This document shows positions 36,118 through 44,612 of a stretch of DNA of 64,000 nucleotides, in pieces. Source of the stretch: an archaeon (lineage in GTDB: Archaea; Thermoproteota; Nitrososphaeria; Nitrososphaerales; Gagatemarchaeaceae); contig JAJZIG010000001.1 in NCBI GenBank assembly GCA_021851265.1, positions 84 to 64,083 of the forward strand. The letters run 5' to 3'. Position numbers and translations under genes: made by a program. Every line of letters begins with the position of its first letter. Position 1 is the stretch's first letter. The notes under the pieces are model-generated. The model saw nothing but the letters and a program-made list of their open reading frames with translations, had not been told where the DNA came from and made no database searches.

Positions 36118-36543
36118 TCAACTGATGGCTTTCTTCAAGAGCGCGCGAATCTTCGCTTCATCGGGGGCTGTCAGCTCCTTCAACGCGAAGAAGTTCGGCC
36201 ACACGCTACCTTCGTCAAGGTTCGTTTTGTCGCTGAAGCCCAACGGGGCATACCTAGTCTTGAACTTCTCCGCCGGTTGGAAGTGGCAAACGACATCGCC
36301 GTCTTCGTCGGCGTAGGCAGGCATCCCATACCACGTCCTTGGCGTGAGTGACGGCGCGCTGGCCTTGATGATTTCGTGGAGCCGCTTCGCCATGGACCGG
36401 TTGCGCTCCGACGTCCCGGCAATCTTCGCGAGCACCTCCCCTTCCCCGTCGGCCTTGCCTGCTTCCAGTTCCCGCGTTCGCTCTCGCATCGCGGCCTTTT
36501 CTTCCTCTGTGAATCCCTTCGGTCTCCTGCCTGGCGTCGGCAC
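36118..36543 (-). CDS. DUF1801/YdhG-like protein
   Basis: [69 protein letters not shown]. Confidence 0.7.
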   Translation of the reverse strand: MPTPGRRPKGFTEEEKAAMRERTRELEAGKADGEGEVLAKIAGTSERNRSMAKRLHEIIKASAPSLTPRTWYGMPAYADEDGDVVCHFQPAEKFKTRYAPLGFSDKTNLDEGSVWPNFFALKELTAPDEAKIRALLKKAIS

Positions 36544-37001
36544 GCCTCAGGACCCTCTCTGGTACAACCGCATCACTCGCTCGAAGGCCGCCGCGGCCCG
36601 CGTATCTTTCTCAGGCTTCGCAAGTTAATCTCCACACCCAGTCGACCCCACGATGACGCATCTGAGCCCTCTGGCGCCGCAAACCCGCGCTTTTCAAACT
36701 CCGCCGTTACGGCAAAGAGTTCGTGAGCGCCTGCCCGGTTCCTGAGCACGAAGTTGGGTTGTGGCGTCCTCCACTCCGTAGCGTCAGGAAGGGTGGTGTC
36801 GGTAGATGAACCCTCCTATCGATCCGAGCAGCAACGAGGCGACGAACAACGGCCGGGAACGGGGATCAATATGAGGAGGTCCGGAAGTACGGGAGGAGCC
36901 TCGGCATCCCCGAATATCAGCTCGACTTCACTCCATCGGACTAGGGCCGCAAGGGTGCCAAGAGCGGAGGAGGCGCAGCAGCTCTTCCCGCAGCTCCTAC
37001 A

Positions 37002-37406
37002 CTAAGTTTGGTTCTCCAGAGCGGCCAGCCTCTCCAGCGCGTGCACGGTCCCTGATCTGAAATGGCCTTCGTTCCACTTCGACACGAGGCGAAAGGCCCC
37101 CTTGAATTTTACGTCCCACGCGGCGACCACCTGCCCTCCTTCCACCACTATAGTCTGCTTCCCAGTGAAAGGTCCCGACGTGTAGTTGATGGTGAGCAGT
37201 CGCTTGGCTTCATCCTTGGAGATGTCCGCCTCCCCAGACCCGCCGAATGCGAACTTCACCTTCGCGTGGACCACGGCACCGTTCTCGCCCACTACCTCGA
37301 GAGTCCGGGTTCCATGCCAGTACTTCGGAATCTCGTCGAGGGCTGACACCCTCTTCCATACTTCGGCGGCATCTGCCTCGAGCTTCTTTGTCTCTTCGAA
37401 CCGCAT
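37002..37406 (-). CDS. SRPBCC/START-fold (polyketide-cyclase-like) protein
   Basis: Size and pattern (MRFEETKKLEADAAEVWKRVSALDEIPKYW). I prefer the internal ATG. Confidence 0.55.
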   Translation of the reverse strand: MRFEETKKLEADAAEVWKRVSALDEIPKYWHGTRTLEVVGENGAVVHAKVKFAFGGSGEADISKDEAKRLLTINYTSGPFTGKQTIVVEGGQVVAAWDVKFKGAFRLVSKWNEGHFRSGTVHALERLAALENQT

Positions 37407-37609
37407 GTCGAAGGCAGGTACTCCAGCGCATAGAAAAAGTGAGCGCGTCCCGCCGAACCAAAACACACCAATCGTGCGTGCCCTGACCGGCACGCGTGAA
37501 ACTCGGCTCTTTTCCGATATGCTTGGCCGTCAAGGGCTTAGTCTTAGAGCTCCTACGAGAAGCTCAGCTTTGTCGCGCACGCCAGCGGACGGAGGGTCAT
37601 CCATGCGAA

Positions 37610-38197
37610 CTACGACGGGACAGAGTCGTCTGCTCTTCTGCGTCCCCCTATGGCGTATCCAAGAACGAGGCCGAGCAGTGCCCCTCCTACATGGGCCAAC
37701 CAATCCACGGAGGCGAACAGAAAGCTGCTGACTATGAAGATGACTATGAACCAGGCGACGAGGATGAAGTCAACCCTCCTGTTTGTCGCCACGTTGAACG
37801 ATATGACCCCAGCGAGGAGCCCGAAGATTCCACCAGACGCTCCGAAACTCGCCGCCTTCGGTCCGTTGGCCAGGCTCACAACGTTGCCTGCTACGGCCGT
37901 CGCAAGGAAGACTGCGTAATACTGGTTCTTGTTGTAAGCCAGCGTGAAGAAGCCGTCGAGCCAGACCAGCGCCATGGCGTTGAAACCCACGTCGAACAGG
38001 CCCGACCAGGTTGGAGGTGCGACGACCACCGAGGTGACAAGCTGCCATACCCATCCCCTAATAACAAGGCCATTGAATTGGAGGAGCAGGTAGGTCAAAG
38101 GCACGCCGTCCACACTCACAAACGCGAGCGCGGTCCCGACCGCGAGCCCCCCCACGACGGCGACGGTCAGGTTTCTTCCCTGTCTGGAGAGCTGCAA
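37610..38197 (-). CDS. Rhomboid-family intramembrane serine protease
   Basis: GASGGIFGLLAG (GxSG) and HVGGALLGLVLG (catalytic His helix). Confidence 0.8.
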   Translation of the reverse strand: MQLSRQGRNLTVAVVGGLAVGTALAFVSVDGVPLTYLLLQFNGLVIRGWVWQLVTSVVVAPPTWSGLFDVGFNAMALVWLDGFFTLAYNKNQYYAVFLATAVAGNVVSLANGPKAASFGASGGIFGLLAGVISFNVATNRRVDFILVAWFIVIFIVSSFLFASVDWLAHVGGALLGLVLGYAIGGRRRADDSVPS

Positions 38198-38303
38198 GAA
38201 TGACCATCGCGCCTATGAATGCAGCGGAAATCTGTTTCGTCAGAGCGCAGCGTGGCCGGACCATGCAAGGCTCGGACGATCCTTAGGCTCGCCCCTCATT
38301 CAC

Positions 38304-38310
38304 ATATAAT
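38304..38310 (+). promoter_or_regulatory. TATA box for the methyltransferase gene at 38341
   Basis: atataat, about 34 nt upstream of the ATG. Confidence 0.4.
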
Positions 38311-38340
38311 ACTGCTACCCATCGAAACCAGACCATCGCG

Positions 38341-39189
38341 ATGACACGGTCAGTAAGGCGGTTCTACTCTGAGAACGTGAAGAAGGAGTGGGCCAGGCTC
38401 GAATCCGACCCATACCACCGACTGGAATTTGACACTACGCTGGAATATCTCAGGAGGTACCTGCCGAAGAAGGGGCTGATACTGGACGCGGGCGGCGGGC
38501 CCGGCAGGTACACGATTGAACTGGCCAGGAAGGGCTACGATTTGGTCCTGCTCGACTACGTGCCTGAGAACCTCAGGTACGCCGAAAGGCGGATTAGGAG
38601 AGAGGGGCTTGGGGGAATAAAGGCGACCGAAGGGTCCATCGTAGACCTGACACGGTTCTCCGACGGTTCTTTCGACGCGGTGCTCTGCCTTGGCGGCCCG
38701 CTTTCTCACATAATGAAGCGCGGGGACAGGAGAAAGGCAGTGTCAGAGCTGGTCAGGGTCGCGAAGAAGCATTCGCCAATCTTCATCTCTGTGATGAGCC
38801 GGCTGGCCATGCTGGCTACGGAGCTGAAATACTTCCCGGCCGAGGTCCAGCTTCCGCTCTTCAAGAAGATACGCGACAACGGAGACTACCTCGGAGGCCG
38901 CGGTTTCACGGCGACCCACTTCTTCCTCCCCGAAGAACTGGGAAATGAAATCGAGGACGTCAAGAATGTCAAGATGCTGGCGATGGTGGGGCTCGAAGGG
39001 GTCGGTTCTGTCCACAAAGAAGAAGTGAACAGCCTGGCGAATGACCCACACAGGTGGAATATCTGGCTCGAGACCCATTACAAGACATGCACTCACCCTT
39101 CAGTCGTCGGGCTGAGCGAGCACATGCTCATGGTCTGCAGAAAGGGAGGCCGACCGGCAGCCGGGCTGTCCCTGCCTGGGCCTACGTGA
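38341..39189 (+). CDS. Class I SAM-dependent methyltransferase
   Basis: ILDAGGGPGRYTIELARKGYDLVLLD. Confidence 0.75.
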   Translation: MTRSVRRFYSENVKKEWARLESDPYHRLEFDTTLEYLRRYLPKKGLILDAGGGPGRYTIELARKGYDLVLLDYVPENLRYAERRIRREGLGGIKATEGSIVDLTRFSDGSFDAVLCLGGPLSHIMKRGDRRKAVSELVRVAKKHSPIFISVMSRLAMLATELKYFPAEVQLPLFKKIRDNGDYLGGRGFTATHFFLPEELGNEIEDVKNVKMLAMVGLEGVGSVHKEEVNSLANDPHRWNIWLETHYKTCTHPSVVGLSEHMLMVCRKGGRPAAGLSLPGPT

Positions 39190-40163
39190 ATCCAGTCACT
39201 GGCTGGGGGAGGTACGGTTCTTCCAGGCGCCTCGTCTCCTCCTCGGTGAGCTTTACGTCGAGCGCCCCGACTATCTCTTCGAGATGCTCCACTCTAGAAG
39301 TGCCTATGATGGGAGCCGTCACTCCCTTCTCCAACAACCACGCAAGGGCAACCTAGTTAGGGGTAGCCCCCTTCTGCTTCGCGAGTTCCACCAGCCTCCC
39401 AACAATCTGGTCGTTCTGGGGTTTACCGACATAGCACGCGTGACCCATGGAACCCGGGCTGACCCGTTTGCTGTCCCCATCTCTGGTCACCAGCTTCCCG
39501 TTCTCAAAGTACCTCCCCGAGAGGATGCCTCCAGCCGTGGGACTCCAGGGGATAATGCCAATCCCCTCAGCCTTACAGAGGGGGATCATCTCCCTCTCCT
39601 CCTCACGGTAGAGGAGGTTGTAGAGGTCCTGCATGGTGACGAAGCGTGCGAACCCCTTCATGTCACTAGTATGGAGGGCCTTGGCGAACTGCCATGCCCA
39701 CACGCTCGACGCCCCGATGTATCGCACCTTCCCCTGGCTGACCAGGTCAGTCAGCGTAGAGTGTCTCCTCGATGGGCGTCTCGTAGTCCCACCTGTGGAT
39801 TTGGTAGAGATCAATGTAATCGGTCTTCAGCCTCCGGAGTGACTCCCCCACCTGCCACATGATGTGCGCCCTAGACAGGCCGTGCTGGTTGGGCCCCGGA
39901 CCCATCTCCCCTCGGACCTTGGTAGCCAACACCGCGTCGTTCCGGCATCCGTCAAGGAATTCCCCGACTATCTCCTCGGACCTGCTGTTCGAGTACACAT
40001 TTGCGGTGTCGTAGAAATTAATCCCAACGTCCCAGTCGCGCGCGAGCACTCGCTTCGCCGCCTCTCCTTCGACCCTCCAATCGTCTCCGGCTCCAAAGGA
40101 CATGCACCCCAGGCAGATCCGAGACACCTTGAGGCCCGTCTGACCAGGTCTGACGTAATCCAT
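39182..40163 (-). pseudogene. Aldo/keto reductase disrupted by one frameshift and one in-frame TAG
   Basis: Track ORFs 39747..40163 and 39353..39814 join as ...[14 protein letters not shown] / [18 protein letters not shown] (one extra base near 39750-39770). TAG at 39353-39355 replaces the Q of [14 protein letters not shown]. The reading frame continues to the stop at 39182. Confidence 0.75.
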
Positions 40164-40226
40164 GGTCAGAATCAGTGATTCGAGCTTATAGATATCCGTC
40201 GACGCGACGAAATTCTTGGTTGCCCA

Positions 40227-41984
40227 CTATCTGAAGAGATTGGTCCGTGCCAGGTCGAGGACCTCGTCCCCGCGACCGTTGAGGACAGCCTTGACCATGT
40301 AGAGGGTCATCCCCCTGACCTCCTCGAGCTTCAGGCTCGGAGGGAGGGAGAGTTCCTGGCGGTTGACCACAACATCGAGGAGGGCGGGGCCTGGGTGTCG
40401 CAGCGCCTGCATCAGCATGGGCTCAACCTGCTCTGGGAGTTCTGCCCTCAGTCCGAGAATGCCGATCGCGTCGGCTAGCTTTGCGAGGTCCGGGTTGAGG
40501 AGGTCAGTGCCGTACTCCAGCATGCCTGAGGCCTTCATCTCGAGCTCAACGAAGGCGAGGGCGCCGTTGTTGAAGACCAGTACCTTCACCGGGAGATTCT
40601 GCTGCCTGAGGGTGAGCATGTCGCCCAGGAGCATCGAAAGCCCCCCGTCACCCGAGAAGGAAATCACTTGTTTCTTCGGGAACGCCTTCTGCGCCCCGAT
40701 TGCCAGGGGGAGGGCTCCAGCCATCGAACCGTGCGAAAACGATCCCAGCAGTCTGCGCCTCCCGTTCATCTTCAGGTACCGCGCCGCCCAGATGGTAGGG
40801 GTCCCCACATCACACGTGAATATGGCATCATCGGCCGCTACCTCATCAGCTACCCTGGCGACGTACTGCGGGTGAATCGGAGTCTCCCCAGGCTTCCCCA
40901 TCGCGAGGGAGTCAAGCTCGGCTCTGGTCTTCCGGTAATGGTCGATGCTCGCCTTCAGGTGACCGGCTCCTCCCCTGTTCGGAGAGATGAGGGGTTTAAG
41001 CCCGGCGAGGGTCGTCCTGACATCGCCCACCAGGCCGAGGTCGACCTTCGTCCTCCTGCCAATCTGACCTCCCCTCACGTCAACCTGAATCACCTTCGCA
41101 CCGGGAGGGTAGAATTGCTGGTACGGGAAGTCAGTCCCCAACATGAGGAGGACGTCAGAGTCCATCATGGCGTAGTATCCAGACGAGAAACCCAGGAGCC
41201 CCGTCATCCCTACGTCGTAGGGGTTGTCATACTCGATGAACTCCTTCCCCCTCATGGCATGCACTATCGGGGCGTTCAGGGTCCCGGCGAGGTCAATCAG
41301 TTCGGAGTGGGCTCCCTCGCACCCTGCCCCCCCAAGTATTGTGACCTTCTTGCCAGCGTTGAGGATTTCAGCGGCCTTCCGGAGCTCTGCTGCGGAGGGG
41401 GATATCGACGGGGTGGGCCTCTCAAAGGACGGGACAGGCCGCTTGGCGGTCGAGTCAAGGAGGGCTACGTCCCCCGGAATCACCAACACAGACACGCCCC
41501 CTTCGGCGACTGCCGTCCGCATTGCAATCTCAAGCACCCTGCAAATCTGCTCGGGGTGGGAGACCAGCTCGCAGTACAGCGAGCATTCTTTGAACAGCAG
41601 CTCCGGATGGGTCTCTTGAAAGTATCCGCTGCCGATTTCCCTGCTCGGGATGTGGGACGCTATAGCAAGGACAGGCACCCGGTTCCTGTAGCAATCGTAG
41701 AGACCGTTTATCAGATGCATGTTCCCCGGTCCGCAGCTCCCAGCGCAGACCGCGAGCTTCCCTGTCAGGTGGGCCTCTGCGCCGGCGGCAAAGGCGGCGG
41801 TCTCCTCGTGGCGAACGCCGACCCACTCAATCTCGCCGCTCGTGGAGCGGATGGCGTTGACTATCCCGTTGAGAGAGTCTCCTACGACGCCGTACACCCG
41901 CTCCACCCTCTGCGAAATGAGCGAGTCAACAATGATGTCCGCCACTCTTCTTGCCATTGCCGCTCTCGTCCCGTCCAGAGCCAT
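40227..41984 (-). CDS. poxB: Thiamine-diphosphate-dependent pyruvate oxidase/dehydrogenase (PoxB-like)
   Basis: GSCGPGNMHLINGL, FSGDGGLSMLLGDMLT...VFNNG (TPP motif). Length 585 aa. Confidence 0.8.
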   Translation of the reverse strand: MALDGTRAAMARRVADIIVDSLISQRVERVYGVVGDSLNGIVNAIRSTSGEIEWVGVRHEETAAFAAGAEAHLTGKLAVCAGSCGPGNMHLINGLYDCYRNRVPVLAIASHIPSREIGSGYFQETHPELLFKECSLYCELVSHPEQICRVLEIAMRTAVAEGGVSVLVIPGDVALLDSTAKRPVPSFERPTPSISPSAAELRKAAEILNAGKKVTILGGAGCEGAHSELIDLAGTLNAPIVHAMRGKEFIEYDNPYDVGMTGLLGFSSGYYAMMDSDVLLMLGTDFPYQQFYPPGAKVIQVDVRGGQIGRRTKVDLGLVGDVRTTLAGLKPLISPNRGGAGHLKASIDHYRKTRAELDSLAMGKPGETPIHPQYVARVADEVAADDAIFTCDVGTPTIWAARYLKMNGRRRLLGSFSHGSMAGALPLAIGAQKAFPKKQVISFSGDGGLSMLLGDMLTLRQQNLPVKVLVFNNGALAFVELEMKASGMLEYGTDLLNPDLAKLADAIGILGLRAELPEQVEPMLMQALRHPGPALLDVVVNRQELSLPPSLKLEEVRGMTLYMVKAVLNGRGDEVLDLARTNLFR

Positions 41985-42049
41985 TTATGCCATTTGCGTC
42001 CCCTAATGATTTGACTCCGGCGGAGGCCCGCCGAACCCTGCAATAACCG

Positions 42050-43291
42050 GTGAAGCTTTTTGGCAGTCGCAGGACAGGGAAGGCTCTGAGAGACCATAAC
42101 AGGCAGAGACCGTCTGGTGAAGGCGTCACCAGGGTGTCATGGAATCAGGTGGCCGCGTTCAGGCTCTCCAGACATCACCTTGGCGATAAGGCAAGCCGAA
42201 ACAGCATGACGGCGATGCCGGGGAAGATGGGCGGGGCGCAGGCGCAGATTCTCTTGGCTGGCCAGATGTCTGTCGGGACGCGAGTCTGCGGGGTAACCCT
42301 TTCCGATTTGGATAGGGCCCTGTGGAATGACCGAACCCTAGTCAAAGCATGGTGCATGAGGCGGACAATGTTCCTTCTACCCTCTAGCGAGCTGGCACTC
42401 TTCGTCAGGGGGAGCGCGCTGCGGGCAGAGCGCGAAGTGAGGTGGGTGCTGTCCAAGGGAGTGCCGGCCCGGGAGCTCGAAAGGCTGGTCGAAGAGGTGC
42501 TGCAGGCGCTCAACGCTCCGATCACCCAGACAGCACTTGCCCGCGAAGTGGGGAAGTCGCTGGGGCTCAGGGTGACATACGGGCGGGGAGGCGGCTGGGG
42601 GGGTAGGCGAAGGATCCCACACATCAGAGTGGGTCCTTTGGCCCTCCCGTCCACCTACCTCCTGCACCTCGCAGGGGCACGCGGGGTCTACTGCTCCGGG
42701 CCCAATGCGGGCACAGAATCGACATTCGTCCGCGCTGACAAATGGGTCCCCCACTGGAAGGACGTGAATCAAAGGGAGGCTGAAAGAGAGTTGGTCATCA
42801 GGTACCTCGGAGCCTACGGACCCGCCAGCGCGTCTGATTTTGCCACCTGGACGGGGATGACGGCGAGAGATGCCAAGAGAGTCTGGTCGTCAGCTGAGGG
42901 AGAGATGGCAGAGGTGGACGTCGAGGGGGAGAGCGGTATGGTGCTCTGGGAAGACCTGTCTGAACTCTCCAGCGCCTCACTCGATGGGCCAACGGTGAAG
43001 CTACTTCCCTTCTTCGATTCCTTCCTCCTGGGGCACAGGTCCCATAGGAACATAGTCGGGCCGGCCGAACACAGACGCGTCTACAGGCAGGCGGGGTGGG
43101 TCTCTCCTGTGCTCCTCGTCAACGGTCGGGCCGCGGGAGTATGGTCCCACGTCAGGAAGGGCAGGGGACTCAAAATCGCCATAAGGCCGTTCGCCAGGCT
43201 GCCGAATCGTATCGCATCGATGGCTTATGAAGAGGCGGGAGAATTGGGGCGGTTCTTAGGATGCACCAACGTGGCTACGGAGCTGCCCTGA
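42050..43291 (+). CDS. Winged-helix DNA-binding domain protein of the AlkZ/YcaQ-like (HTH_42) family; putative DNA glycosylase
   Basis: WNQVAAFRLSRHHL, TLVKAWCMRRTMFLLPS. Size about 400 aa. Confidence 0.6.
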   Translation: MKLFGSRRTGKALRDHNRQRPSGEGVTRVSWNQVAAFRLSRHHLGDKASRNSMTAMPGKMGGAQAQILLAGQMSVGTRVCGVTLSDLDRALWNDRTLVKAWCMRRTMFLLPSSELALFVRGSALRAEREVRWVLSKGVPARELERLVEEVLQALNAPITQTALAREVGKSLGLRVTYGRGGGWGGRRRIPHIRVGPLALPSTYLLHLAGARGVYCSGPNAGTESTFVRADKWVPHWKDVNQREAERELVIRYLGAYGPASASDFATWTGMTARDAKRVWSSAEGEMAEVDVEGESGMVLWEDLSELSSASLDGPTVKLLPFFDSFLLGHRSHRNIVGPAEHRRVYRQAGWVSPVLLVNGRAAGVWSHVRKGRGLKIAIRPFARLPNRIASMAYEEAGELGRFLGCTNVATELP

Positions 43292-43385
43292 TGCCCACAG
43301 TGTAGATTCAAACACAGGCGCCGTATTCCAACCACGCGCTTGGGCTAGCACGCGTCAAACCTACAGGCGGCGCCAAGGCGCTCCC

Positions 43386-43391
43386 TTATAG
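43386..43391 (+). promoter_or_regulatory. TATA-like box for the gene at 43415
   Basis: ttatag, about 27 nt upstream of the ATG. Confidence 0.35.
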
Positions 43392-43414
43392 TGGCGTGAC
43401 CTTCGACAAATGGG

Positions 43415-44014
43415 ATGAGCTCCGGCTTCCGGCATCCCCAGTCCTTCTTCGGGCCGCTGACTGGGAAGACCTCCACGTTCCTGCTGGAGAGTAGGCAGGA
43501 CAACCTCGCATTCGCTCGGGCCATCGTGGGGCTGATGAGGGCTTCAGGGGGAGCGTGCACCGTCATGGACCTCGATGCTTTCTACTCCTCCCACGCTGAC
43601 GTGGTCTTCGCACCTACATCAGTCGGAGACAGCTCGTGGACACTGAGGGTACCTCCCCCTGGCTCTGACATCGAAGCCGAGGTGTCTCAGCTCTTCGGCG
43701 CCTCCCAGAGTATCCTGATTTTGGACAGCCTCAACACGCTCTATCACCTGTTCTCCCTAGATGATGGCAGCTCCCGCGGCAGGAGGCTGGGGTTCGTGCT
43801 GGCGAGCCTGTCCTACCTGGCAAGGACGAATTCCAAATCAGTAATCCTGTGCATGTACAGACGTGAGGGCTTCGGGAGGCCCGGGACCACTCGGTCGATT
43901 TCTGGGCTTTCGGACATAACTGCGTCTGTAGAGGTTAGAGAATCTGAGCTGACGGTTAGGGCAGACAGAGGTTCGGTCTGGCCGGGCGGATTGTTCTCTA
44001 CCCGAATCCCTTGA
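43415..44014 (+). CDS. Small RecA-superfamily (KaiC/RadB-like) protein with a degenerate P-loop
   Basis: FFGPLTGKTSTFLL (GxxxGKT, one residue short of canonical Walker A) and SILILDSLNTLYHLF (Walker-B-like). Confidence 0.35.
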   Translation: MSSGFRHPQSFFGPLTGKTSTFLLESRQDNLAFARAIVGLMRASGGACTVMDLDAFYSSHADVVFAPTSVGDSSWTLRVPPPGSDIEAEVSQLFGASQSILILDSLNTLYHLFSLDDGSSRGRRLGFVLASLSYLARTNSKSVILCMYRREGFGRPGTTRSISGLSDITASVEVRESELTVRADRGSVWPGGLFSTRIP

Positions 44015-44405
44015 GGATCGCGAGGTTGAACCCTATGAACAGCGAAACTATGAGCAGCAGCAGCGCGATGCCGAGATAGAAGTTGACGGCCCTGGACCTG
44101 ACCGTCTGCCTCCCGCTCATGTAGGTGAGGTAGATGCCAGCTCCTCCCATGGCGATCACCATGGCGTCGACCACGGCTTCGGGCACCGTCTCATTCGAGC
44201 CGCTGGGGTAGGGAATCAATGTCTCATTGGGCACCGGGTAGGTGATTGCACTGACGAACCCTGCCATGAGACCGACCAGGACGATGACGTAGAGCAATTG
44301 GATGAGCCCTCCCCCTCTGGTCGCGGAGGACAAGGTGCCCACTAGACGGTCCTTCAGGGCACCGACGCTCTTCCTGTACGCCGACTGAATTGCTTGTCTG
44401 ATCAT
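43998..44405 (-). CDS. Hypothetical membrane protein (last gene of the topA operon)
   Basis: ORF track. Hydrophobic helices LLYVIVLVGLMAGFV, VVDAMVIAMGGAGIYL, LGIALLLLIVSLFIGF. Confidence 0.5.
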   Translation of the reverse strand: MIRQAIQSAYRKSVGALKDRLVGTLSSATRGGGLIQLLYVIVLVGLMAGFVSAITYPVPNETLIPYPSGSNETVPEAVVDAMVIAMGGAGIYLTYMSGRQTVRSRAVNFYLGIALLLLIVSLFIGFNLAILKGFG

Positions 44406-44612
44406 CTAACTATCACGCAGGGCTTCTGCTACCTCTTTTGCCCATGGGCCCGTCTGGACGTTGCGTATAACGTTATCCAAGTAGTCTTCCCAACTAATCC
44501 CCCCATAGGCTTTCGTCCACTGAGGAAATGCCGCCTCCAACCTCTTTTTCGCACCAGCGTGACGCTGGCAGAGGCTTTCCTGTCCCGGCTTGCCACAGAT
44601 GGCGCACTTCAT
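44406..44612 (-). CDS. Small Cys-cluster (zinc-finger-like) protein
   Basis: MKCAICGKPGQESLCQRH. ATGA overlap with the topA stop. Confidence 0.5.
   Translation of the reverse strand: MKCAICGKPGQESLCQRHAGAKKRLEAAFPQWTKAYGGISWEDYLDNVIRNVQTGPWAKEVAEALRDS

Noticed and set aside
39353-39355. In-frame TAG in the aldo/keto reductase as pyrrolysine or programmed read-through
   Set aside because: The same gene also has a frameshift. No pyl genes or other in-frame TAGs in conserved genes are seen in this window. A CAG to TAG nonsense mutation is the simpler reading.
40668-42014. 448-aa plus-strand ORF
   Set aside because: It is antisense to the well-supported PoxB-like gene and has an R/P/G-rich composition.
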